Source: Cyanobacteria bacterium auto_48_18 (lineage in GTDB: Bacteria; Cyanobacteriota; Vampirovibrionia; Obscuribacterales; Obscuribacteraceae). Taken from it: a stretch of DNA of 64,000 nucleotides. The stretch lies in the NCBI GenBank assembly GCA_036170915.1, contig JAVHQC010000020.1:96001-160000 (forward strand), written 5' to 3'. Below, in pieces: positions 34,670 to 43,641 of the stretch; positions within the stretch are counted from its first letter, which is position 1, and the number at the start of each line of letters is the position of its first letter. A program made the position numbers and the translations under genes. The notes beneath the pieces are model-generated. The model ran no database searches and was not told where the DNA came from. It saw only the letters and a list, made by a program, of their open reading frames with translations.

Positions 34670-34748
34670 CGATGGTGTTGCCGTAATTCAGTGGTAAGCA
34701 GTCGCCAGCAGCAAATGAATACACTTTGAAAATACCTGGATACGCGAA

Positions 34749-35810
34749 ATGTCTCTTGAGCAGATTGGGCAGAAACTAAAAAACACACGCGAGGCGCAAA
34801 ACCTGACTCTTGGGCAGGTTTATGATCGCACCAAAATTCCCACAAATCATATTGATGCTCTTGAGAGTGGAAGGTTTGATGACCTGCCAGAGCCGGTTTA
34901 TGTAGCTGGTTTTATCAAACGCTACGGTGAGATGCTGGGTTTAAACGGACAGTCTCTGGCAGACGAATACAAACGCGCTGGTCAGCCGGCACCAGATACG
35001 GGGCGCGGACTGTTCAACCGCGGTGGTGGTGTGCAACAAGCAGTGGCACCCGTGGTCTATGTCTCTAAAGCACGCGTTGAAACTGAGGCGCCAAGCTTTA
35101 CTAAAACATTTTTCTATCCAAGTTTGTTGCTGGTGGCCGTTCTTGGTGTTGTCTGCGGCCTGGGTGCGTGGTATCAAGCGCAAATGGCTAATCAGCAAGA
35201 TCCTGGTGTACTCGCACTTGGACGCTCTGCCGACCGCTACAATGCCGCTCAAATTCCTGCCACTGTTAGTGGTACCGCTGTTAACGGTCAACCGGTTAAT
35301 GGCACAACTGCTGCTCCTAACACAGATAACAAAATCGCTTTGCTGGCCAGTCAGCACGTCTGGCTAGAAGTCAAATCGCTGGCTTCCGGACAATCCTTGT
35401 ATACCGGTTATTTAGAGATGGGAGAGCGCCGCGACTTTCAAGATCCGCAAGGGCTGCGAGTGCGCGCTGGCAACGGCGGAAGTCTAACTGTTGATTATCA
35501 AGGCAAGTCGGAATCGTTCGGTCTGGCTGGCAAAACCACTGAACGTGTCTTTGCTCCAGTTGCTAGCGCCACAACAGGCGACGCTGCTACTGCTGCTGCC
35601 ACAGCCGCCAGCATAGCCAAACCTGTAACAACTGTAAAGTGGAAACCAGCCGTGAGAAAAGCCACAGTTGATGGCTCCGGCAGCCAGGGGCGCCGCTCTC
35701 GCCGTTCTGACGAGGGTACACGCGACATTCCAGGTGTCTCATCTGGAGGCGGTGCTAGATCCATAGATGTGCCATACCGCTACAATGAGGGTCGTCTTGA
35801 TAACGATTAG
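34749..35810 (+). CDS. rodZ: RodZ-like HTH-TM-DUF4115 protein
   Basis: N-terminal HTH (GFIKRYG), single TM, RVRAGNGGSL; upstream of rimO. Confidence 0.85.
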   Translation: MSLEQIGQKLKNTREAQNLTLGQVYDRTKIPTNHIDALESGRFDDLPEPVYVAGFIKRYGEMLGLNGQSLADEYKRAGQPAPDTGRGLFNRGGGVQQAVAPVVYVSKARVETEAPSFTKTFFYPSLLLVAVLGVVCGLGAWYQAQMANQQDPGVLALGRSADRYNAAQIPATVSGTAVNGQPVNGTTAAPNTDNKIALLASQHVWLEVKSLASGQSLYTGYLEMGERRDFQDPQGLRVRAGNGGSLTVDYQGKSESFGLAGKTTERVFAPVASATTGDAATAAATAASIAKPVTTVKWKPAVRKATVDGSGSQGRRSRRSDEGTRDIPGVSSGGGARSIDVPYRYNEGRLDND

Positions 35811-35870
35811 AGCATTCAACGTATATTTCAGTTGAGAGCCAAGCGTTAGCGACTCTGGAGAAAGTGAGAA

Positions 35871-37280
35871 ATGCGTAACCCTAAAATAGGGGTGGTTTCT
35901 TTGGGTTGTCCCAAAAATGCCACTGACACGGAAGTGATGCTCGGTCTTTTGAACGAGGCCGGATTCGAAGTCACTTTCGACAATGACGATGCCGACATGT
36001 GCCTGGTCAATACCTGCTCATTTATCGGAGACGCTCGCAAGGAGTCGGTGCGCACCCTTGTTGAATTAGCTGATCAGGGCAAAGAGCTTATTATTGCAGG
36101 CTGTCTGGCCCAGCATTTCAAAGAAGAATTATTGACAGAAATACCAGAGGCGCGAGCAGTAGTAGGCACTGGTGATATCACTAAGATCGTCGATGTAATC
36201 AAAGCCGTGGCTCGCGACTCATCTTTAAGAGTGGTGGAAGTCAGCGATGTGCCGAACAATTATGATGACGAAGTATTGCCGCGGATGGCCATAGGCGTTG
36301 GCGCTTCTGCATATTTGAAAATCGCTGAAGGCTGCGATCATGCCTGCACTTTCTGTATCATTCCGATTCTGCGAGGCAAGTTCCGCTCGCGCACCATTGA
36401 GTCGCTTGTTAAAGAAGCACGTATTTTGGTGAAGGGCGGAGTCAAAGAAATCATTCTGGTATCACAAGATTCCAGCTATTACGGACTTGATATTTACAAT
36501 AAAATGGCTCTGCCAGAGCTTCTTGAAGCACTGCATGAGATTGAAGATCTGGACTGGATTCGCATTATGTATTGCTATCCAACCGAGACTAATCGCGCTT
36601 TACTTGAAACCATTGGCCGTTTGCCCAAAGTCGTAAAGTATGTAGACATTCCACTGCAACACTCACATCCTGCCGTTCTCTCAGCCATGGCAAGACCAAG
36701 AAATCCTGAAAAAGTTATGGACTTAATTCGCGAAGTCTTGCCGGAAGTAAAAATTCGTTCCACATTTATCGTCGGATTCCCTGGCGAAACAGACGAGCAG
36801 TTTGAGCATCTTGTGCAGTTTATCGAGAAATATCGCTTCGACAGACTAGGCGTATTTACCTATTCCAAACAGACTGAAGTGCCTTCCGGTCACATGGACA
36901 ATCAGATTACTGAAAAAGTGAAAAAGGCCAGACGCAACCGTATTATGCGTTTGCAGCACGATATTGCTTTTTCTTCCAACAAAGCCATGATCGGTCAAGT
37001 GATACCAGTGTTAATCGAAAGCTATGACGAGAGCAAAAATCTCTACATCGGCCGCAGCCCCTGGGATGCTCCAGGTATCGACAATCAAGTCTATGTGCGT
37101 TCCTCGGATGATGCGCCCGTCTACATGGCAGAGGTAAATATGGTACTTATCGAAGAAGCCAAACCCTACGATTTAATTGGTGTTGCTTGCAGTGGCACAG
37201 AAAACGGCCCGATTACTGAGGCATCAGGTGCCTCGGAATCGGACAAAGAATTGGTAACGGCAGTTTCCATTTCTAAATAG
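35871..37280 (+). CDS. rimO: Ribosomal protein S12 methylthiotransferase
   Basis: SLGCPKN, NTCSFI, EGCDHACTFC radical-SAM motif, DAPGID TRAM region. Confidence 0.95.
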   Translation: MRNPKIGVVSLGCPKNATDTEVMLGLLNEAGFEVTFDNDDADMCLVNTCSFIGDARKESVRTLVELADQGKELIIAGCLAQHFKEELLTEIPEARAVVGTGDITKIVDVIKAVARDSSLRVVEVSDVPNNYDDEVLPRMAIGVGASAYLKIAEGCDHACTFCIIPILRGKFRSRTIESLVKEARILVKGGVKEIILVSQDSSYYGLDIYNKMALPELLEALHEIEDLDWIRIMYCYPTETNRALLETIGRLPKVVKYVDIPLQHSHPAVLSAMARPRNPEKVMDLIREVLPEVKIRSTFIVGFPGETDEQFEHLVQFIEKYRFDRLGVFTYSKQTEVPSGHMDNQITEKVKKARRNRIMRLQHDIAFSSNKAMIGQVIPVLIESYDESKNLYIGRSPWDAPGIDNQVYVRSSDDAPVYMAEVNMVLIEEAKPYDLIGVACSGTENGPITEASGASESDKELVTAVSISK

Positions 37281-37376
37281 AATTTGGTTGCGCTAAACAT
37301 GCATTGATTAGGTCGTTTTTTGGATTGTTGGTTTTGTCCTGGGGCCGGCGGGCGTGCTGGTCTGAAACTCTATCCT

Positions 37377-37404
37377 AAACTTGGATCGATATCCATCCGG
37401 GTTC
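37377..37404. repeat. Dispersed intergenic palindrome, copy 5
   Basis: aaacttggatcgat|atccatccgggttc. Confidence 0.85.
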
Positions 37405-37580
37405 ACCGATTAAAGACTTCCACCTCTCAAATTTAGTCAAATTTAGTACTAAATATGGTGCTAGATTTGCTTTGCACTATTAATAGTCAAAAAACAGCCA
37501 TTTCAAATAATAGTTTTCATTTTGTTTGAACTTTCCCGTTCGATTTTACGTTGAACATAATAGGACCGGGAGGGAAAGTC

Positions 37581-38639
37581 ATGGCCAAGTCAGAAGCTGA
37601 AATCGCGCTGGGCATTGCGATTAAGAAGACATACAGAGCGTTTAACCGCAAGATAAGAACTGATGGCGACGCTGCCGATCTTATTTTCAATAAACTAAAA
37701 AAACAAAAGCGGATTAGATGTCATTGCGGCTGCACTAAAGTGCATCGCAGCACAGGCAGTCGAATATTTGTATGTCAGGCGTGTAAAGCTAAAACACATT
37801 TTACGGCTGGTACTGCCTATGAAGGAGCAGGACGCTTGCGCGCTAGGCTCGGAGTAATTTATTTCGCGGAGCGTAATCTCATTTTGACGGCTTCGAAAGT
37901 AGCGCAACTATTTAAAATTGGTAGCGGCACCGCACGCAACATAGTTTTAAATCAGGCGATAATCTTAAATGAAACTATGCCGGATTCTGCTCTCGAGTTA
38001 ACGGGTCACGAAGTAGCATCTTTGATTTATCGCAGAAGTTGTGAAACACCAGCACGGCGACCGCCGTTTGCAGAACAAGAAGAAATTGACAATGAAGTTT
38101 CGCAGTCAGATGGTAGCAATAATGCTGGAAATTGCGAAAGTGATATTACAGAAAACGTTGACGTCGATGGTTTCGCACCCGATCTTAGTGACGCTCAAAA
38201 ACAAGTTTTCGCTGCACTATCGAACGTGCCCCGATCGGCAGATGATCTTTGTATTCTAACTGGCTTACCGGCCGGTATCGTAGGCAGTTCACTAGTGATT
38301 TTGCATCTCGACAATTTGATTGAAGAGTTGCCTGGTGCACGTTACACCCGCATCACCTTGCGCAAGAAATCAGGGCCGTTACCTTCATCGCCGAATGATT
38401 TTGCCATGCTCGAGATCTTGCTCAAGGCTTTTCATACTTTTATAAAATTGTCTTCGAAGGGTGTGTCAAGAAAGTCTATGCAGCTTTACTTGGCTCAGTT
38501 CTGGTATTACGTTGATAAAGGGCGCTGGCGTAAAAATGATCTCTTCAATTTATACCTTGATCACGCTCCGCTGGGCCCGCTAGACGTGCGGAACTTCGTT
38601 TCTTCAAATCGATTGAAACTGCCATTAGTTTCAATATAA
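37581..38639 (+). CDS. IS1595-transposase-derived protein with internal DprA-like winged helix
   Basis: Zn ribbon CHCGC...CQAC then HFTAGT; HTH-like ASKVAQLFKIGSGTA; C-terminal KGVSRKSMQLYLAQF; wHTH LSDAQKQVFAAL...LIEELPGARY; ATG at 37581 with GGAGG SD. Confidence 0.7.
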   Translation: MAKSEAEIALGIAIKKTYRAFNRKIRTDGDAADLIFNKLKKQKRIRCHCGCTKVHRSTGSRIFVCQACKAKTHFTAGTAYEGAGRLRARLGVIYFAERNLILTASKVAQLFKIGSGTARNIVLNQAIILNETMPDSALELTGHEVASLIYRRSCETPARRPPFAEQEEIDNEVSQSDGSNNAGNCESDITENVDVDGFAPDLSDAQKQVFAALSNVPRSADDLCILTGLPAGIVGSSLVILHLDNLIEELPGARYTRITLRKKSGPLPSSPNDFAMLEILLKAFHTFIKLSSKGVSRKSMQLYLAQFWYYVDKGRWRKNDLFNLYLDHAPLGPLDVRNFVSSNRLKLPLVSI

Positions 38640-38677
38640 AAGTAGCTTCGCATTAACTCGAGTGACCGCATTGGAAT

Positions 38678-39370
38678 TTAAACAACTGATTTGGATGATT
38701 CCAGAGCGCTGCGAAGGTGTTCCCGTGCGATTTTAAACAGGTTGTCTGCCATGGCCAGATGGTCATAGTCGTAGTTTTGGCAAAAATATTGCAGCTCTTC
38801 CAAGCCATCAGCCGCCTGGGCAATTGAATGACGCATCCATTGCAATGAAGGTTTCAAGGTAAGCGGTGGTGGATTAGCCGTGAACTCATCACTTGCTTTG
38901 CGCAGGGTTTGCTCAATTTCCTCTACATATAGGGAAAATTCTTCTAATAGCTGGTCATCATAAATGTCTTGTGATAGTGCGCTAAGTCGTTGTTTGTACT
39001 TGGACAAAATAGATTCGATGGACCGGCGCAATGGCAGAAAAACCTGCTTCAAGTAGCGTTCCCTAGCCTTTTCTTCGTCAAGCGAATCTTGGAAGTGAGT
39101 GGGCATGCGCATTTGCGTACGCGGGCGGCTGCGAATTACAACTGAGTCGTAGTGGGCGCGTTTATCGGTATCCATTAAGGTCTCGTAGGCCTCATTAATG
39201 GACATCATGTGTTCCGTCTCAGTCACTACCTGAGTGTCGGGCTTTTTGCTTAAGGAGAGGTCAGGGTGGACATTCTTAACCAGGTTGCGATAAGCGCGCT
39301 TGATTTCGGCCGCGCTCACATCGGGCGCTAGTCCAAGAATTTCGTAGTGGTTGATTTTCCTCAGGGCCAT
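38678..39370 (-). CDS. J-domain (DnaJ-like) protein, cyanobacterial type
   Basis: HYEILG, HPD and INEAYETL, followed by a helical C-terminal domain. Confidence 0.88.
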   Translation of the reverse strand: MALRKINHYEILGLAPDVSAAEIKRAYRNLVKNVHPDLSLSKKPDTQVVTETEHMMSINEAYETLMDTDKRAHYDSVVIRSRPRTQMRMPTHFQDSLDEEKARERYLKQVFLPLRRSIESILSKYKQRLSALSQDIYDDQLLEEFSLYVEEIEQTLRKASDEFTANPPPLTLKPSLQWMRHSIAQAADGLEELQYFCQNYDYDHLAMADNLFKIAREHLRSALESSKSVV

Positions 39371-39436
39371 AAAGTAATTATGCCCGAACTGCTTATATAA
39401 GCAAATTTACGGCAGATGCCCGTTTATAATTGATAG

Positions 39437-39973
39437 ATGTTCTGTCCGTTTTGTAACCACCGCGAAAGCAGAGTGCTTGAATCCCGCTTAACCACGGAGA
39501 ATTCGGTCAGACGTCGGCGCGAGTGTGAAGGTTGCGGCAAGCGCTTTACTACTTATGAAAAGCTTGAGACCGTGCAATTTCTGGTGATTAAGCGCTCCGG
39601 AATACGTGAGCCTTACACAAGAGATAAGCTCAGAGCGGGCATCAGCCGTGCTTGCTCTAAAACTACTGTGACTGCCGAACAAATTGATGATCTGGTCGAC
39701 TCAGTTGAAAGCGAACTTCTGGCATCCGGCCGCAGAGAAGTGCCGGCATCGCTGCTGGGAGAGTTAGGATTGCGCTTGCTTAGCGGGCTTGACCAGGTGG
39801 CCTATGTCAGATTTGCCTCGGTCTATCGCCAGTTTCGTTCTATTGAAGATTTTATTGCTGAGCTTAATTTGCTTCGTAGTAGCCAGATTAAGGGCAATCA
39901 GTTACTTGAGTCTGAAGAATTACCGATCGCTGCTCCTGCCACCGCAGGTAGTGCGAAAAATCAGCAGGATTAG
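39437..39973 (+). CDS. nrdR: Transcriptional repressor NrdR
   Basis: CPFC, RRRREC, RFTTYE, ATP cone and AYVRFASVY. Confidence 0.97.
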   Translation: MFCPFCNHRESRVLESRLTTENSVRRRRECEGCGKRFTTYEKLETVQFLVIKRSGIREPYTRDKLRAGISRACSKTTVTAEQIDDLVDSVESELLASGRREVPASLLGELGLRLLSGLDQVAYVRFASVYRQFRSIEDFIAELNLLRSSQIKGNQLLESEELPIAAPATAGSAKNQQD

Positions 39974-40124
39974 GCCTCGGCTTGGCAACTGGCCGTTTTA
40001 TTTGAAGATGAAAGATCTCCAATCTCGCTTAACGCTTGTTAGCCGAAGCCCCACGGTTGCAGATGGTGGTGTTACAATCGCAGACCGCTTGTCTAGAATA
40101 TCTTGAAGAACCAATTAGTGAGCC

Positions 40125-40607
40125 ATGAATAGCATTATTAAAGAGATCGAAGCCCCTCTCCTCAAGTCCAACTTGCCAAAGTTTGATGTCGGGGACACTG
40201 TCAAAGTTTTCGTAAAAATCAAAGAGGGCGGCAAAGAGCGCACTCAAGGTTACGAAGGCGTTGTGATTAAACACACTGGCCACGGAGTCGGCGAAACCTT
40301 CACCGTCCGTCGTGTCTTCCAGGGTATTGGCATCGAGAGAGTATTCCTCGTTCACAGCCCTCGTGTAGAAAAAATCACGGTTCTGCGTCGAGGTGACGTT
40401 CGTCGCGCCAAGCTTTATTACTTGAGACAACGTACTGGTAAGGCTACTCGTATTAAAGAGAAGCTTGGTGGTAAGAAAATTACGGCCAACATCAGTGCCA
40501 ACGCTCCAGCTGTAGCTCCAGCTTCGGCACCTGCTGAAAAATCTGCTGCCACTGCCAGTGCAACATCTGCTCCTTCTGCTGAAGCCGCTGCTCCAGCCGA
40601 AAGCTAA
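40125..40607 (+). CDS. rplS: 50S ribosomal protein L19 with Ala-rich tail
   Basis: GDTVKV, GIERVF and [10 protein letters not shown] motifs. Confidence 0.97.
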   Translation: MNSIIKEIEAPLLKSNLPKFDVGDTVKVFVKIKEGGKERTQGYEGVVIKHTGHGVGETFTVRRVFQGIGIERVFLVHSPRVEKITVLRRGDVRRAKLYYLRQRTGKATRIKEKLGGKKITANISANAPAVAPASAPAEKSAATASATSAPSAEAAAPAES

Positions 40608-40624
40608 TTGCTCTTAGAAGTTGC

Positions 40625-41677
40625 GTGAGCATTAAAAAGACCTCGTCCAAATTCAGCAAAGCGCCAACAGGCAAGTTTGCTGCCGGACAGTCTGCTGCGA
40701 AAAAAAACAGCAATAAAGGCTCTGATGCCATTGCTAAAGCCGCTCAATCTGCCCGCACAGCGGGTGCTGGGCGGCTTCCGGCTAAGTATGCCAGCAGCGC
40801 AGGCAGTGCTCCAGGTGCTGCAAAAGCTGTACGCAACAAGCCGAAACCAGCTAACACTCCCTTTCAAAGGCTAACCGAGATCGTAAAGTGGGTGGATCTC
40901 GTCATTGAAGTGCTTGATGGCCGCTTGCCTGAAACCACCAGACATCCTGCATCGGAAGAAATTTTCGGTAATAAGCCCAGAGTACTGATTTTTTCTAAAG
41001 CCGATTTGGCCGACTCAACTAAGCTGCGAGTCTACGTTAAGGCTGCGGGCGAGAAGCCTCACAATGGTCCGCCGGAGAAGTTGTTGATCTTAGACTTAAA
41101 ATCAATGGCCCACAAAAATACCTTTATCGAGGCCGCCCTGGCAGTCACCGCAGAAAAAAGAGCGGCACTTGCCAAGAAAGGATTGCTTGAGCGGCCTATG
41201 CGCGCTTGTGTGGTTGGCATTCCGAACGTGGGCAAATCATCTTTGATCAACTGGTTTGTCGGACGCAAGAAGGCTAAGACCGGTGATTCTCCTGGAGTCA
41301 CAAGGGGCACACAGTGGATTCGTGTTCATCCACAACTAGAATTGCTCGATACCCCGGGCATTTTGCCTGCCAATTTGTTTTCGACTGAAGAAAGACAAAG
41401 GCTGGCTCTCCTCAATTTGCTACCTGCCGACGGATATGACAATGTCGAAATAGCTAAATTCGGTTTGATGTTAATGAAAAAGTACTACTCTGGTATGCTC
41501 GAAGCATATCTACCAGGCCTGTCAGGCATTGAAGACGGGCTTGACTACATTGCTGAGAAGAAGCACTATTTAGGTAATGGTGGCAGGCTAGACCACTATC
41601 GAGCGGCAACTATCTTTCTGCGCGATTTACGAGCAGGAAAATTAGGCGACGTTACTTTCGATAATCTCACTGTGTAG
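40625..41677 (+). CDS. rbgA: Ribosome biogenesis GTPase RbgA/YlqF
   Basis: Circularly permuted GTPase: SKAD, GIPNVGKSS, PGVT and DTPG; rplS-rbgA-rnhB synteny. Confidence 0.92.
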   Translation: MSIKKTSSKFSKAPTGKFAAGQSAAKKNSNKGSDAIAKAAQSARTAGAGRLPAKYASSAGSAPGAAKAVRNKPKPANTPFQRLTEIVKWVDLVIEVLDGRLPETTRHPASEEIFGNKPRVLIFSKADLADSTKLRVYVKAAGEKPHNGPPEKLLILDLKSMAHKNTFIEAALAVTAEKRAALAKKGLLERPMRACVVGIPNVGKSSLINWFVGRKKAKTGDSPGVTRGTQWIRVHPQLELLDTPGILPANLFSTEERQRLALLNLLPADGYDNVEIAKFGLMLMKKYYSGMLEAYLPGLSGIEDGLDYIAEKKHYLGNGGRLDHYRAATIFLRDLRAGKLGDVTFDNLTV

Positions 41678-41694
41678 CAAAGTGCGGGGCAGGA

Positions 41695-42552
41695 ATGGCA
41701 AAAGTAGAAGCTCCAGCAAAGCCGCCCTTACACAAACTTCTTGCCTTCGATACCAAACTTTTAAATAAAGCGCAAAAATCAAATCAGGCTCTTGTGGGAA
41801 AAACTGGTCAGCCTGTTAATAAAAACTTGAGCAGTCGTCTACTGGCCATGCAGGAACACCAGACTCAAATTTTTAAAGGGTCGTCGTCAGGTATCATCGG
41901 CGTAGACGAAGTTGGCCGCGGCTGTCTTTCTGGGCCGGTGGTAGCTGCAGCTGTAATGCTGCCGCAAATTGAGAAAAAATCTAAATTGGCTCAAGAACTG
42001 GCGAATCTGGACGACTCGAAAGCTCTAAAAGCTGAAGTCCGCGAAGAACTTGCAGCAGTGCTTCGCGCAACGTGCCATTACGCAGTTGGTGAAGCTTCGC
42101 CGGAAGAAATCGATCAGATCAATATCTTGCAAGCAAGCTTGCTGGCCATGCGGCGAGCTTTAGACAATCTCTTTCTTCAATTATCGTTTGGACGTGAGCA
42201 ACTGCTTTTGTTAGTTGATGGCAATCAACGTATCAAAGAAATAGAACTGGAGCAAATTACCGTAATCCAGGGTGACAGCCATTCAGCCTCCATTGCCGCA
42301 GCCTCAGTACTTGCGAAGGTCTATCGCGATTCTTTCATGCGCGATTTGTCAGAAAGCTATCCGCACTACAACTGGCATAGCAATAAAGGCTATGGTTCAA
42401 AAGTCCATCGTCAAGCCATTGCGGAACACGGACTAACTCAGTGGCATCGCCTGAGTTTCGGCCCCTGTAAAGACCCGCAGAGTGGCTTAAATGATGACCT
42501 TGAATTGGACGATGATAGTTCAGGAACCGAATTGGAATTAAGCGCGAGATAG
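41695..42552 (+). CDS. rnhB: Ribonuclease HII
   Basis: GVDEVGRG, DSK, VDGN, SIAAASVLAKV and NKGYG motifs. Confidence 0.96.
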   Translation: MAKVEAPAKPPLHKLLAFDTKLLNKAQKSNQALVGKTGQPVNKNLSSRLLAMQEHQTQIFKGSSSGIIGVDEVGRGCLSGPVVAAAVMLPQIEKKSKLAQELANLDDSKALKAEVREELAAVLRATCHYAVGEASPEEIDQINILQASLLAMRRALDNLFLQLSFGREQLLLLVDGNQRIKEIELEQITVIQGDSHSASIAAASVLAKVYRDSFMRDLSESYPHYNWHSNKGYGSKVHRQAIAEHGLTQWHRLSFGPCKDPQSGLNDDLELDDDSSGTELELSAR

Positions 42553-42715
42553 CTTAGATTTTCGCCTGCTAAATTGAATGGATTTGTGAGCAAAAACTGT
42601 TCTAGATTTGCACGGTTTTTAGAGTGAGTTTTGCCACTTTACACTCAGTTCGGAAGATTAGAAGTGTAGCTCTGTCTTGATCTTAACGCGGCTAAGATTG
42701 TAGGTGTGCCGTTAA

Positions 42716-42751
42716 TTTAAAACCTGGATGGATATCCATCCAGGTTTTAAA
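42716..42751. repeat. Dispersed intergenic palindrome, copy 6 (perfect 36 bp)
   Basis: tttaaaacctggatggat|atccatccaggttttaaa. Confidence 0.95.
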
Positions 42752-42819
42752 AGTCACACAACAGACCCGCGTTTTTAAAGCCCGCTAAAGCTCAAAATTG
42801 AACTTTCTTACGGTCAAAT

Positions 42820-43638
42820 TTAACGAGTTACAGCCGGCAAATTCGGAGTGCCACCACCCTGGCCGCCGTCGCCATCGTACTTTTTCATTTTTTGCTCAGT
42901 CTTGCCGCCGCCATCAAGAATCTGGGTCTTCGAAAGCTGATCGACAATGTAGTCTACGCCGCGCCATGAAATCATAAACATACGATCGCCCATCTCAATT
43001 AAATTGGTCTCGCGCAAATACCAGAGGGCAAATTCAATCTCTACAACGTTATCGATAGAAAGAATATCCATCATCATTTTGGCTGTAGCGCCGCCAGTTT
43101 GAGGTCGTTTTTTCTTGGCCACAAGCAGAATTTGCAGGATAGCTAGACGCAGCTCAATCTCGTTCCACGAAATACCAGTCTTCGGTATTTTCGGCATGGA
43201 GTCTTTGCCGAACTGAGATGGCGCACCACTAGGTCCACCTCCACCACCGGCGGCTCCGCCGCTGGGTTTCGACTCTTTAGCACCAAGTGACATGTCGTAA
43301 GCAGCGCGTTTACCTTCGTCTGAAAGTGTACGCCAGGCTTCTGTAATGATGCGGAATTTCTCTGCGTCGCCTGATTCACCGTTGTCTGGGTGATACATGG
43401 CAGCTAGAAAGCGGTATGCGTAGCGGATGATTGTGGGATGAGCGTCTCTATCGACTTGAAGCAGTTCGTAATAGCTGATTTCTTTGAAGTTTTTGCCGAT
43501 TGGTCCGCCGGACCCAGCTCCAGGCTGACCACCGCCGCCCTGTTGGCCGCCGCCTTGTTGACCCTGATTACCTTGATTATTCCCGCCGCCCTGTCCGGGA
43601 GCGCCTGGTCTGGGAGGAGGAGGTGGTTGCCACGACAT
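42820..43638 (-). CDS. J-domain protein with P/G/Q-rich N-terminus and putative C-terminal winged helix
   Basis: YYELLQV, YHPDN and EAWRTLSD; C-terminal IEFALWYLRETNLIE...ISWRGVDY. Confidence 0.85.
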   Translation of the reverse strand: MSWQPPPPPRPGAPGQGGGNNQGNQGQQGGGQQGGGGQPGAGSGGPIGKNFKEISYYELLQVDRDAHPTIIRYAYRFLAAMYHPDNGESGDAEKFRIITEAWRTLSDEGKRAAYDMSLGAKESKPSGGAAGGGGGPSGAPSQFGKDSMPKIPKTGISWNEIELRLAILQILLVAKKKRPQTGGATAKMMMDILSIDNVVEIEFALWYLRETNLIEMGDRMFMISWRGVDYIVDQLSKTQILDGGGKTEQKMKKYDGDGGQGGGTPNLPAVTR

Positions 43639-43641
43639 TTT

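Noticed and set aside
37281..38677. Complete IS1595 insertion sequence
   Set aside because: No terminal inverted repeats, target duplication or catalytic motifs found by eye; reported as a derived gene instead.
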